A stretch of DNA of 32,000 nt, from the NCBI GenBank assembly GCA_000503875.1, contig CP006913.1, forward strand, positions 1-32,000. The letters run 5' to 3'. This document shows positions 1 through 10,504 of this stretch, piece by piece (position 1 is the first letter of the stretch; every line of letters starts with the position of its first letter). Origin of the DNA: Candidatus Saccharimonadota bacterium (GTDB taxonomy: Bacteria; Patescibacteriota; Gracilibacteria; Absconditabacterales; Absconditicoccaceae). The notes beneath the pieces were generated by a model, which saw only the letters and a program-made list of their open reading frames with translations, was not told the origin of the DNA and ran no database searches. The translations under genes were made by a program, and so were the position numbers.

Positions 1-1200
1 TTAAACAATATTATTCTTTTTTTCATAATCATCTAATTTTGTAAATAATTTTGTATTAACCCTTCAATTTTCTATAACATATCTAAAATTTTCACCTGTT
101 TTAAAAAAGCTTCATTTTCAAGGATTAATTAAATAATCAACATTATTTCTAATGTCAATTCTCGTTTGTTTATCAAAAGAGTTCCATTTTTCTTTCGGAT
201 ATTTAATATTTATTATATTATCTGTAAAATTTATTAATGCTTTATTTTTTGCAGTAGACATATCTGAGGATATGGCATTGATATTTCCGCTATTGATTTT
301 TTTTGTAGAAAAAACGATTTCTCAATCCTTATTATATTTTATATCATATCAAAAGTTTTTTAATTCATTTTCAAGATTCTTAATTAACTCTGTATTTAAA
401 GATTCGTTAACTTTGTCGGTTTCAACTCTCGGTTCAACATCTTCGGTAACTTTGATATCGTCTCTTTTTGTAACATCTTCGGTAACTTTGATATCGTCTC
501 TTTTTGTAACATCTTCGGTAACTTTGATATCATCTCTTTTTGTAACATCTTCGGTAACTTTGATATCATCTCTTTTTGTAACATCTTCGGTAGTCTTAGG
601 AGTAATAACTTCAGGGGTAACAACTTCAGGAGTAATAGGTTGCGGTGTATTTTTTTCTTCTTTAATCTTGATAACATCTCCAGGGTAAATTAGACCACCA
701 TCTTGTTTGCGTAATTTTCATTTACTATCTTTTCATTCTTTAAATAAATCAAAATTTAAATCTTGGATTTGAGCTAAAGTTATTCATTTTTCTTTTGCTA
801 TTTTTGATAGAGTATCTCATGGTTTTACCGTACATGTTTCAAATTTATTTTCTACAGGTTTTTCTGTATTTTGCGTTACAAAAGGTTTTAGTAAAGCTTG
901 TAGATTTTCTAAAGTTTGCTTATCTTGCTTTTGTTCTTCAGTTAATTCTCAAGTAAATCAGGTTAAGGCACTAGTTACGACAGTATTGAGAGAATTTAAT
1001 TTATCTTTATTATCCTTTCAAAAATCAGTTAAAGCTTTGTTAAAAGCATCATCCAAAATATGAGATAAAGTATCTGCATTATCTTTATTTTGCAAATGCT
1101 CATTTATTTTTTGTAAAGTATTTCAAAAATTTTCTTGTTTCAATTCTTCTTGTTTTAATTCAAATTTTGGTGTTGCTGTTTCCGCCGTATTTCCGCCCAT
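1..1200 (-). CDS. LysM-domain protein with 12-aa tandem repeats (399 aa under code 25)
   Basis: ATG at 1198-1200, TAA at 1-3. The frame is open when TGA=Gly, and I found no in-frame TAA/TAG codon by codon. LysM-like segment: CTVKPGDTLSKIAKEKGITLAQIQDLN...GGLIYPGDVIKI (about 690-830). It is followed by Pro/Thr linkers and (DVTKRDDIKVTE)x4. The N-terminus has no hydrophobic segment. Confidence 0.75.
437..592 (-). repeat. 36-bp perfect tandem repeat, about 4.3 copies, in frame within the LysM gene
   Basis: The unit acatcttcggtaactttgatatcRtctctttttgta repeats head to tail at 437, 473, 509 and 545, with a partial copy at 581. Copies 1-2 differ from 3-4 only at one synonymous position (atcg vs atca). 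It encodes DVTKRDDIKVTE on the minus strand. Confidence 0.9.
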
Positions 1201-1224
1201 TTTAATATCTATAAAAAATAAAAA

Positions 1225-1515
1225 TTACATAGTTTCCAATAATTTGTCTAAATCCGCCAAAGAAATTTTATCTTGTTCTTGTGAAACAGTTTCTGCTGAT
1301 TTAACTTTTTCTAGGTACTCTTTGAGTCACGTAAGTTTTTTCTTTTCTTCTGATTCTTTAGCTTGTTCTAGAGACGTATCAATTGTTTTGATAATGATAT
1401 CCAAAATGGCTTCATCGACCTCCATTTGATTTATGATTATAATCCATGCTCTAGCCAAATCCCAGGTATCTTTCAAAAGTTCAAGTGCCTTAAGTACATA
1501 TGTTTTTTTGTCCAT
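1225..1515 (-). CDS. hypothetical small protein (96 aa)
   Basis: ATG at 1513-1515. The track ORF 1327..1515 continues through one TGA to TAA at 1225-1227. It sits 24 nt upstream of the LysM gene start, so the two are probably co-transcribed. No recognisable family. Confidence 0.6.
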
Positions 1516-1542
1516 GTATCGAATAGTAAGTAAAACATACTA

Positions 1543-1571
1543 AGTATATCCCAAAAAGTGAATTTTGTCAA
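1543..1571 (-). promoter_or_regulatory. sigma70-like promoter for the 1515..1 operon
   Basis: Minus strand reads TTGACA (1571-1566), a 17-nt spacer, then TATACT (1548-1543). It lies 28 nt upstream of the ATG at 1515. Confidence 0.45.
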
Positions 1572-1867
1572 ATTTTAACAAATTCGATAAATCAAATTTT
1601 AATCTCTTTTATAGTAGGTAAAAAAAGTGTGTAAAACCGCTATTTCCTGTTGATTTTTGTAATAATATGCGTAGATATTTAGTATAGAAATAGATGGTAA
1701 AATAAAAAATTTCACAATAAAATGTGAAATATAGAAGAGAGAGTCAAAGGTTTCTTTGATTCTAATACCATAGAAGTATATAATAGAGAAGAGGATTTTT
1801 ATTCTTTTCAAAATATCCAAGGTTTACAGATATGAATGTAGGCCTTTTTTATATTTTCAAAATTCTC

Positions 1868-1896
1868 TTGAAATTTTATTTGAATTTTTTATAAAT
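1868..1896 (+). promoter_or_regulatory. sigma70-like promoter for groES-groEL
   Basis: TTGAAA (1868-1873), a 16-nt spacer, then TATAAA(T) at 1890-1896. It lies about 50 nt upstream of the groES ATG. Confidence 0.45.
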
Positions 1897-1920
1897 AGCA
1901 CGTAAACAACTTTTGTGATA
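1896..1920. promoter_or_regulatory. possible degenerate CIRCE (HrcA) operator
   Basis: TAGCAC (1896-1901), N13, GTGATA (1915-1920). The CIRCE core is TAGCAC-N13-GTGCTA, taken from TTAGCACTC-N9-GAGTGCTAA. The spacing is exact and 11 of 12 core positions match. It sits directly after the -10 element of the groES promoter. The flanking consensus bases are poorly matched. Confidence 0.3.
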
Positions 1921-1945
1921 TTTTTATTTTTTATATGTTTGAACA

Positions 1946-2239
1946 ATGACAAATAAAGCGCAACTTACTCCTTTAGAAGATCATATTTTGATAGAAGCTA
2001 TCGAAGAAGAAAACAAAACAAGATCAGGAATTCTTTTACCTGACAATAAGGAAAAACCAAGCAAATGAAGGGTTGTAGCCGTGGGTAATGGTAAAATTCT
2101 TGATAATGGAAATAGAGCCCCTATTGATGTAAAAGTCTGAGATATCGTTTATTTTACCAAATACGCACCAGATGAATTAGACGTAGATGGAACAAAATAT
2201 TTAGTGATCAAACAATCTTCAATCTTAGCAAAGCAATAA
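1946..2239 (+). CDS. groES: co-chaperonin GroES (97 aa)
   Basis: Translation [55 protein letters not shown]...VKVGDIVYF. Two in-frame TGAs fall at the typical GroES Gly positions (PSKGRV, VKVGD). Ends with TAA. Confidence 0.95.
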
Positions 2240-2264
2240 TACTTTATTATAATATCAATAAACA

Positions 2265-2414
2265 ATGCCAAAAAACAATTACGAAAAAGAAGTAAAAGAA
2301 CTTCAAGAAAGGCTAAAATTTGAAGATATTGCTGATGCATTGATAGCAGATGTAAAAGCAACTCTTCGTGATGAAAAGAAGAACGAAAATAGTAACGAAA
2401 AAGAATCAGATTAA
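2265..2414 (+). CDS. small ORF (49 aa) between groES and groEL
   Basis: ATG at 2265 in the same aaACAATG context as groES and groEL, TAA at 2412-2414. Translation MPKNNYEKEVKELQERLKFEDIADALIADVKATLRDEKKNENSNEKESD, charged and probably helical. No known family. It fills an unusually long 212-bp groES-groEL gap. Confidence 0.4.
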   Translation: MPKNNYEKEVKELQERLKFEDIADALIADVKATLRDEKKNENSNEKESD

Positions 2415-2451
2415 TTAAATTCTGAAATTTTAAATTTTAATTTTATCAACA

Positions 2452-4095
2452 ATGGCAAAGACAATACATTATGGCGACGAAGCTCGCAAAAATATTTTCC
2501 AAGGAATCGAAATGGTTGCAAACGCGGTTAAAGTTACTATGGGACCAAAATGAAGAAATGTGATATTGGAAAAATCTTACGGTGCTCCGACTATAACAAA
2601 TGATGGAGTAACGGTTGCCAAAGAAATTGATTTAGAAGATAAAGCACACAATATTGGTGCTTCTATGATCAAGGAAGCAGCTGAAAAAACCAATAAAGAA
2701 GCTGGAGATGGGACGACAACTACTGTTGTTCTTGCACACGCAATGGCAAAAGAAGGACTTAGATATATTAGATCTGGAGTAAATCCATTTGCACTCGGAA
2801 GAGGACTTCATAAGGCAGTTGCTAAACTGATTGAAGATCTTGCAGCAAAAGCAAAACCTATCAAAAATAAAGAAGAAATCAAACAAGTTGCAACTATTTC
2901 TGCTCAAGATGAAGAGGTAGGAAGCTTGATTGCTGAAGTGATGGAAGAAATTGGAAATGAAGGAACAATTACGGTTGAAGAAGGTAAATCAATCGGACTT
3001 ACCAAAGAAATCAAAACAGGAATGCAATTTGACCAAGGATATAGTTCACCTTATTTTGTGACAGATCCTCAAAGAATGGAAGCAATTATTGAAAAGCCAT
3101 ATATTCTGGTTACGGACAAGAAAATATCATCTATCAAAGATATATTACAATTGTTGGAAGCGGTTGCTATGAGCGGTAAAAAAGATTTCGTGATTATTGC
3201 AGAAGATGTAGAAGGAGAGGCATTAGCTTCGCTTGTTCTCAATAAAATCAGAGGTATGCTCAATGTTTTGGCAATCAAGGCTCCAGGGTTTTGAGATCGT
3301 AAAAAAGAAATGCTCAAAGATATTGCTACTGTTACGGGTGCAACATTAATTACTGAAGAACTTGGACTCAAATTGGAAGAAGCTACAATTGATATGCTCG
3401 GTAAAGCAGATAAGGTAATTTCTAGCAAGGACAACACTATTATCGTAGACGGAAAAGGTGAACAAAAAGAAATCCAAGCAAGAGCTGATACTATTAGAGC
3501 ACAATTAGAAAATACGACTTCAGAATACGACAAAGAAAAACTTGCCGAAAGATTAGCAAAACTAGTTGGCGGAGTTGCGGTGATTAAAGTTGGTGCCGCT
3601 ACTGAAATGGAAATGAAGAATAAGAAATACAAAATCGAAGATGCACTCAATGCTACGAGAGCAGCAGTACAAGAAGGAATTGTTGCAGGTGGAGGAGTTG
3701 CTCTGCTCAAGGTTTCAAAGATTTTGGATACCCTCTCATTTGATGATGAAGATGAAAATATTGCGATAGAGATAGTAAAAAATGCTGTCCAATATCCTGT
3801 TATCCAGATCGCAAACAATGCTGGATATAAAGGAGATCGAGTGGTTGAAAAGATCAAAGAAGAAAAAGATTTTAACCATGGTTTTGATGCCAAAACCGGA
3901 GAGTTCAAGGATCTTTTCAAAGCCGGAATAATCGACCCTGCAAAAGTAATCAGAGTTGCTCTGGAAAACGCAGTTTCCACTGCAGCCATGTTCCTCACTA
4001 CTGATGCAGTTATTGTAGATTCTCCAACAAAAGAAGCGCCACATGATCACGCCCCAGCTGGTATGTGAGGAATGGGTTGAATGGATATGTACTAG
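2452..4095 (+). CDS. groEL: chaperonin GroEL (547 aa)
   Basis: Starts [59 protein letters not shown]. Track fragments 2560..3294 and 3310..4068 are in the same frame and are joined by TGA at invariant Gly (APGF-G-DRKKEML). The C-terminal GMGGMGGMDMY has two TGA-encoded Gly. Ends with TAG at 4093-4095. Confidence 0.98.
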
Positions 4096-4110
4096 AAAAT
4101 TTTATGATAT

Positions 4111-4139
4111 AAAAAATCTCCCAATTGGGAGATTTTTTT
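4111..4139. terminator. bidirectional rho-independent terminator
   Basis: aaaaaATCTCCCaattGGGAGATttttttt: an 8-bp stem with an A-run on one side and a T-run on the other. It lies between the convergent groEL stop (4095) and the minus-strand gene stop (4141). Confidence 0.7.
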
Positions 4140-4140
4140 G

Positions 4141-5901
4141 TTAAGATGTTTGTTGTGCTTCTTTTATTGCCCATGTTTTATTATTTAATCTGATTGTAAG
4201 TCATCATCATTTTTCAAAAGTTTTTAAATTTTCTTTGAAATCATTTATTATAATTTTTAATCAAGATAATTTCATATTATGACTATTAAATCTTCAGTTA
4301 TATTGCATCGAGTTCATTCTAACATCACTTGTTAATAACATATAATCCATATTATCGTTTTCTACTCATTTTTCTCTATATAATTTAATACTTTCTTTTA
4401 AGTTATCATAATCTTTATTTAATTGTTTTCTTCAGTTTATTAGTTCATTAGAAAATAATTCTATATGTTTTTTAGTTGTTTCCATATAATCTTTTATCTG
4501 AGATTTATCTTCCTCTGTATATTTATTATTAATTTTAGGATCAGAAATGTTTTTTAAATTATTTTGTAAACCATCAACTTCTTTTTCTAATTTATCCATA
4601 AATTTAATATTATTTATTCCTATTTTTTCGTCTTTATCTAATGAGATTTCAAACTCTTCTATATTTTCATCTTTTTCAAGATCGGCTAATTTAGAATAGC
4701 TATTATTAGAATCTATTTGTTTTTTTGTAAATAAAATTTTCTTTTCGTTAATACTTACAATATGGTTTTTTCAATCGAAAGCAATTTCCTGATTAGCAAC
4801 TAAATTCCCCGCATTATCAAAGTCTACTCTTATCTTTTGGTCTGCTTTTTGGAAAACGAGAGTTATTTTATCATTCTGAGAAAAATCAAATTTACCATTT
4901 CATACGGTTTCATTTCAAAGCATTAAGTTATCCTTGTAGCTAAGAAATTTTTCTATAACAACCGCTGAATCTGGTACAACAACTATTTTATTTTTAGTAC
5001 TTCATTCCTGAGGAATTTCATAAACATTATATTCTTTATCTCCTCTTATAAGTCTAGGATTGGTATAATTTCAATCAAACAAAATAGATACATCATCATT
5101 TCAAACCTTTCATTTTGCAAGAACCTTGTCCCCTGATTTTTCTGTAGAAGTTAGTGTTATTAGACTATTATTATTTCCTGCTACATCATATTTAGTAGTA
5201 ATTGCAGTCAATCTTTCTGTATTTTGCAAGACTTCAGGATTTGTGGTAATTTCTTCTGTGTGTTCTTGAACATCAGGAGTAGTAATAACAGTTGGTACTA
5301 CATTAGTTGACGCTTCTGCAGTTGATACTTCAGTAGTAGTTACCTGAACAGTAGTAGTTACTTCGGCATCAGTAATTACTGGAATTTCTGGGGTTATGCT
5401 TATTGTTGTAGCAGTTGTTGTTCCTTCGAGTTTTTCCAATATTTTAGCAATAGTCAAAGGACCGGCCCAGCCATCTTGTGTTAAATCATTTTTGCTTTGA
5501 AAAGATTTTACCGCTTTTCGTGTATTGCTGTTTTTGTATTGTTCGGGATCTTTTGAGTCTCTATCGTTTTGATTCATATAAACTCCATCAATTATTCCTG
5601 GATTCAAATCTTCATTTCCAGCCGTTTTACTTAATTCTTTCAATGCAATTTGGAGACTCATCACTAATCCTGCTCATTGTTGTTTATAGGATTCTGCATA
5701 TCCAAGATTTTTTGCTTTTGTTAAAACATCCTTCACATTTTCTAGGGTGAGGGTCTCTTCAAGCTTATTATCTTTTATAAGATCTTTCAAATTTATCAAA
5801 TCTGATCTTGTATCTTTATATGCTTTTCCAACTTCTTCTTTTGCCCAATCTCTCATACTATCATGAATATCAATTTGCTTACTAGATAATGTTTCACTCA
5901 T
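4141..5901 (-). CDS. peptidoglycan-binding (PG_binding_1-like) domain protein with Thr-rich linker (586 aa)
   Basis: Track ORFs 5674..5901 and 5110..5664 share a frame and are joined by TGA. The frame stays open (TGA=Gly) down to TAA at 4141-4143, checked codon by codon. PG_binding_1-like motif: NTRKAVKSFQSKNDLTQDGWAGPLTIAKIL. A T/V/E-rich linker follows, then a C-terminal half of about 320 aa that I do not recognise. No N-terminal signal peptide. Confidence 0.7.
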
Positions 5902-5933
5902 GGTTTTAAATTATATATTAAAATCCTATATAA

Positions 5934-5962
5934 ATTATATTCCAAAAGCCCGAAAAAAGCAA
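5934..5962 (-). promoter_or_regulatory. candidate promoter for the PG-binding gene
   Basis: Minus strand reads TTGCTT (5962-5957), a 17-nt spacer, then TATAAT (5939-5934). The AT-rich context makes this less specific. Confidence 0.35.
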
Positions 5963-5976
5963 ATTTTCCCTATGAT

Positions 5977-6005
5977 AAAAACACCCCTTTTTTGAGGTGT
6001 TTTTT
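5977..6005 (-). terminator. rho-independent terminator after the giant surface-protein gene
   Basis: aaaacacc(c)c-tttttt-g(a)ggtgttttt hairpin, 21 nt downstream of the TAA at 6026-6028 on the minus strand. A T-run is at the 3' end. Confidence 0.5.
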
Positions 6006-6025
6006 ATCTATATTTTCAAATATTA

Positions 6026-9000
6026 TTATGCGGCAGGGGTTTGGGTTTCCTCTTGTTCTTCTTGTTCTTGTTTCATCTTAGCTTTTACTGCAAAAACAAC
6101 AACAATACCAATAAATCCTACAACAAGAATTCACAAAACGATAAAGATAATTTTGAGCCAGTTTGTTGATTGTGTCCCTGTTTCCAAAGGAACATTATCT
6201 GGTACAGATTTGATATCTGTTGTACTACAAAGTGAACTTGGAATAGAATAAATATTCATAATAGTACAAATATTTGGAAGTACAATAGTATCCATATCAG
6301 TTTTATCTATTTGTGTATTTGTTGGTGTTGATCAATCCGGAGCAACATTTTTACTAATAACATTAATGATCTTTTGGAGAGATTCTTTTCTCTTGTCTTG
6401 TTGACTAATACCCAAAGAAGCATCACCTACAATAGTTTCAAATTCTTTAAATAAACCATCAACATCTATTGCTAGATTTGTAGGAAGAATAGAGAGAATA
6501 TCTTGTTTTGCAATACCGTATTCTCCAAGTCATTCTGCTGCTGCAGTTGATCTATTAGAAAGTTCCAAAAATATTTTTTTGAGCATATCGTCTTGTTTTT
6601 CATCGAGTTTGATGGTGTTTCTTCCAAGATAATCTTTGAGTGAAACCACTGTCGAAAGAGTTGATGATTTGTCAGAAATATTATCTCTAAGTCCTTTCAA
6701 CATATCTTTGAATACTTTATTCGTTCCTGTAAACCACTCTGGTCCACCAAGTTCTTTTATCAAAACAGTAATTTGATCATATACTTTTTTATCTTCTGCA
6801 TTTAATGCAACTTCAAAATCAATAAATCAGATAGTGAAATCTTCAGAAACCAATTTTTTATTTCTATCTGAATAATAAAGTCTTCATATACTACTATCAT
6901 ATTTAGCTTCGTATTTTTGGAGATACAATTCATTACATTGAGAATCAGCATCATCCAAAGGATTACCATTACCATTACTATCTTCATTGACGTCTATATC
7001 TATATAACAAGGTCCAAGATTTTCGTTATGTTTGATATAAAAAAGAATAGTATTATCCAAATTATTACCTACAAAAAGTTCTATACCACTACTAGTAACT
7101 GTTGCTTCAGGAATAGATAAAAATTCATAATTTTTGGTGCTTGATCAAGTTTCTGTAGTTATGATTAGTCTTTTTTTTGCTTCATTAGCGTGTTGATCAG
7201 CTAAATCAATTGACGCAAAGTATTTTCCTGGTCCAGGATATATATAAGAAAATGCTGATCCTGTAGCTATTGCATTTGCATCAGTACAAGTTTTGGCATC
7301 TGGACAAATTCTTTTTTGTGCAATATCTCCAAGACTTACATCTCTAAATATAACAAAATTTCCCGCTACATCAAAAAGTAATCTTGGTTTTAAACCATTT
7401 CTGACGATAATATTTCCTCCATTAGAAACTCATCTGTATCATCTATAGAGTACAGAAGCTCTTGGTTTAAATCCACTAGTATCACTAGGTTTTGTATAAG
7501 CATATGTTACACGATCTTTTTTTGTTACTAGATCCCAAGTTCAATCTCCATCAAAATCATAATAAAGAGTTCTTTCTTTGACAAAATCTGGTCTGTCAGA
7601 AATCACTTTTGAAACAATATCAAAGGTAACTTCATCTCCAACTTCAACAGCAGAACTACTCATTCTAAGTGTTACCAAAGGTACATCTGGTCTAGATGAA
7701 TCAGGTGGGAAAAAGACGATAGGTCAATTTCCGATAATATCTTGACTAGATTTTTTTCCCTCGTCGTTGTCGTACATCATTACACCAAAAGAGTATTCAC
7801 CAGGAATTTTTGGCAATGAAAAGAATGCATATGGAATATCTCCTGGAGTAATTTTTGTTTCAATAAATCTTGTTGGATCATCTTTGAGATAATAATACCA
7901 TTTATAGTATGATATAAATCAATCAGGATCTATAGAATTGGTCGCACTAACTTTTACAATCAATGGATCAAAATTGCTATTGAAAATATCTCTTACTTGA
8001 TTTTCGTTGAATCCAACGCCAATTTCATTTCCATATTGAGGGAAAAAGAGAACGATATTGTCTAATTTTGGCAAAGAATTTACCACACGAAACCAAATTC
8101 TTGTTACATTATTTTTGCCAATAGAAGTATCTTCAGCAGTCAGATCAACATAGTTACAACCTAGTTCATCGAATTTGTAAGTGAACGTTGTTTGTTTGTA
8201 AATTTCCTTGTTCTTTGGTTGAAAATAAAATTGTAAATCTGATTTTTCTCCTTTTGTATTAACAGATATTAATGGATTAATTACTATTTCTTGATATCTA
8301 TCGATTTGATAAGCGGGGTATTCTGCAATTCCTCAACTTACGGTAAGATCGGCTTCTTTGCAGGCTTCATTTTGGGTAAGGATAATATTTGTTTTATCAT
8401 AAACTTCATAAGCAGCTATTGGATAATCTTTTTCTCCCACAAAAACCGTTTTGATAATTTCATTGTAAGTTTCATTTGCTCCACTTACCTTTAATTTTAC
8501 AATATAAATACCAGTCTTTTTATAAAGGTGGGTAATGGTATCTGCTTGAATAGTTCTTTGATCACCATCAGCAAAATTCCAATCATAAGCAAATATTGGT
8601 TGGTTTGTTGTGACAGTAAATGTCATTGGATTTCCCCATGACATAGCAATAGGCGAAACAGAAATTTCTGGTCTAAGTATAGATTTTATTTCTATATCTT
8701 TTTCCAATTCTCCCATTTTTCCATACTGATCTTTTACAATAAGTTTATATTTAAATTTTCCAATACTGTTAAATTCTGCAACAATTTTTCCATTATTATC
8801 TTCGGTAGAAACAATGTTTACTTTGGCTGCCTCTGGGAAAATCCATTCATAACTCAATGTATCTATACCATTTGTTTTGTCTACATCAGAACTAATAGTT
8901 GCATCAATAAGAAATTTAGAAGGGTTGAGCCATTCACTTGATGGAGTAACAGTAAATTGAGGAATAGGGTCAGTTGATTCTACATATACTTGGATAGTAT

Positions 9001-10282
9001 CAATATTGGTCTGCCCAAGATCGTCTTCGACAGTAAGTTTGATAGTATAGAAGCCAGGTTTTTTAAACTGTTGTTTAATATCTTTGCCTTGATACGTTTC
9101 TAATTTATTTCCGTTTTGATCAAAGATTTCCCAAGTATAAAGTTTTAATGAAGAAACAACAGAATAAGAAGGGCTTCCATCAAAAAGAAATACGGTTGAT
9201 GTTGTTCCATCTTCTGGTTGTTGTTTGATTACCGCAACAGGATCCGATGCAATTAAATCAAATTTTTCTGAAGTAATATTGTTTTCATTATCAGTTACGC
9301 TCAATGAAACCTTATATTCTCATCTTCAAGGAAGAGAAACTCTAATTAAATCTGGTTTGTTTTCGCTAGTTTTGATATATTTAAATCAATCGCTTGAAGT
9401 GATTTGTCGAGTATGAGAAAGGATTTGTCTTCATCCCATAGCAATAGTAGAAGTAGCATCTAATACTACACCTTTTTCAGCTTCCAAGGTTCCAATCTTT
9501 ACTTTACCATTTTTGTCCATTTTTTGTCAGTTAGCATGGACAGAAATAACTGCTGATTTTGGCGCAACATCAATAGATATTGTTTGATCTCCATCCAAAA
9601 TTCCTTTTGCTTTATTGGAGCTTCTTACCGTAAGATGTACAATATAATTTCCTTCCTTTTCAAATGTATACGTAAGGACAGGACCATTTCCTATAATTTG
9701 ATCAATACCATTGATATCTCTATAATACCAGAAAAAATTTCTTGAAGGAATTGTTTCATTTGATGGATCAGTACTTTCTCTTCAATCAAATGTTACAGTC
9801 AAAGGAGCAGCCCCCAATCTTGGTGACGCAGTAGCCTTGGGATAAGCAGTAAATTGTGTATTAATTTTTTTGAGCACATCAGTAAATGGTTTATAACAAT
9901 TTGACATAAATGACGCAAAAAGAGATCTATAATTAGGGTCATTAGAAGAAATTGTTCCCAATTGATTTGCTAATAAAGAACATTGTTGATATGTTACTTT
10001 AAATGAATATTCCTGCGGTAATTTTGGAAAAAGAGCTGTAAAATGTTGATTAAGTTCTTTAAATTTATCTGGATGAATACTATTTCCAAGTTTTGTATAC
10101 GCATCAATTTCCACGAAAATTCCTAGGGTTTTTTCCCAAGAAGTTTTGATTTCATAGTTAGCAATATATTCGTTGGGAACAGCTGCTTTTGTGGTTTCTT
10201 TAAGTGTCAAGAAGGAAATTCCGAGGAGAGAAAAGATTCCCACAAAGAGTATAATTCCAAGATGATGGCGATAGTTCTTCAT
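6026..10282 (-). CDS. giant PKD-repeat cell-surface protein with N-terminal signal/anchor and C-terminal TM anchor (1418 aa)
   Basis: Track ORFs 9782..10282, 8333..9304 and 6530..6763 are all in one frame. I checked every codon between them and found only TGA, no TAA/TAG. N-terminus is MKNYRHHLGIILFVGIFSLLGISFLTL (hydrophobic). Several PKD-like modules are present, e.g. FDGSPSY...YTWEIFDQNGN...GFYTIKLTVEDDLGQT and YDWNFADGD...GIYIVKLKV. C-terminus is WLKIIFIVLGILVVGFIGIVVVFAV followed by KAKMKQEQEEQEETQTPAA, then TAA. Confidence 0.8.
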
Positions 10283-10315
10283 ATCTAGTTTTTGACGGTA
10301 AATAAATCTTAATTA

Positions 10316-10343
10316 AGTATATCTTTTTTCATCTATTTTTCAA
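10316..10343 (-). promoter_or_regulatory. candidate promoter for the giant surface-protein gene
   Basis: Minus strand reads TTGAAA (10343-10338), a 16-nt spacer, then TATACT (10321-10316). It lies about 34 nt upstream of the ATG at 10282. Confidence 0.4.
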
Positions 10344-10435
10344 AGAACAGAAGGCAATTCTGATTATTATTAATTGACATTTTGCTTATTTTTGTTGGGT
10401 TAGTGCTAAATACATATATTCAATCAAACTTAAAC

Positions 10436-10463
10436 TTGAAAACAAGCTTCCATTTCCTACAAT
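10436..10463 (+). promoter_or_regulatory. candidate promoter for frr-yidC
   Basis: TTGAAA (10436-10441), a 16-nt spacer, then TACAAT (10458-10463). It lies about 42 nt upstream of the frr ATG. Confidence 0.45.
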
Positions 10464-10504
10464 CCAAAAAGCCAATATTTTTATATTATGTAAAACTGTA
10501 TACA

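Noticed and set aside
437-592. The tandem repeats could be a CRISPR array.
   Set aside because: The repeats are directly adjacent with no spacers. They are in frame inside a coding sequence, and no cas genes are present.
152-688. A 178-aa plus-strand ORF with repeated SSVTLISSLFVT.
   Set aside because: It is the antisense reading of the 36-bp repeats. The opposite strand gives a coherent LysM protein running from ATG 1200 to TAA 1-3.
1599-1820. A 73-aa minus-strand ORF in the groES upstream region.
   Set aside because: It starts only at TTG and has no promoter I can find. It lies in very AT-rich spacer where such ORFs arise by chance. A small membrane peptide cannot be excluded.
3069-3998. 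A 309-aa minus-strand ORF lies opposite groEL.
   Set aside because: It is an antisense shadow ORF within a certain GroEL gene. Its sequence is low-complexity and Ser/Ala/Ile-rich, and it has no independent support.
2551-4080. TGA could encode Trp (code 4, Mycoplasma type).
   Set aside because: The TGA positions in GroEL (GPK-G-RN, APGF-G-D, the GGM tail), Frr, L3 and L4 are glycines in all homologs I know. Trp would be implausible there.
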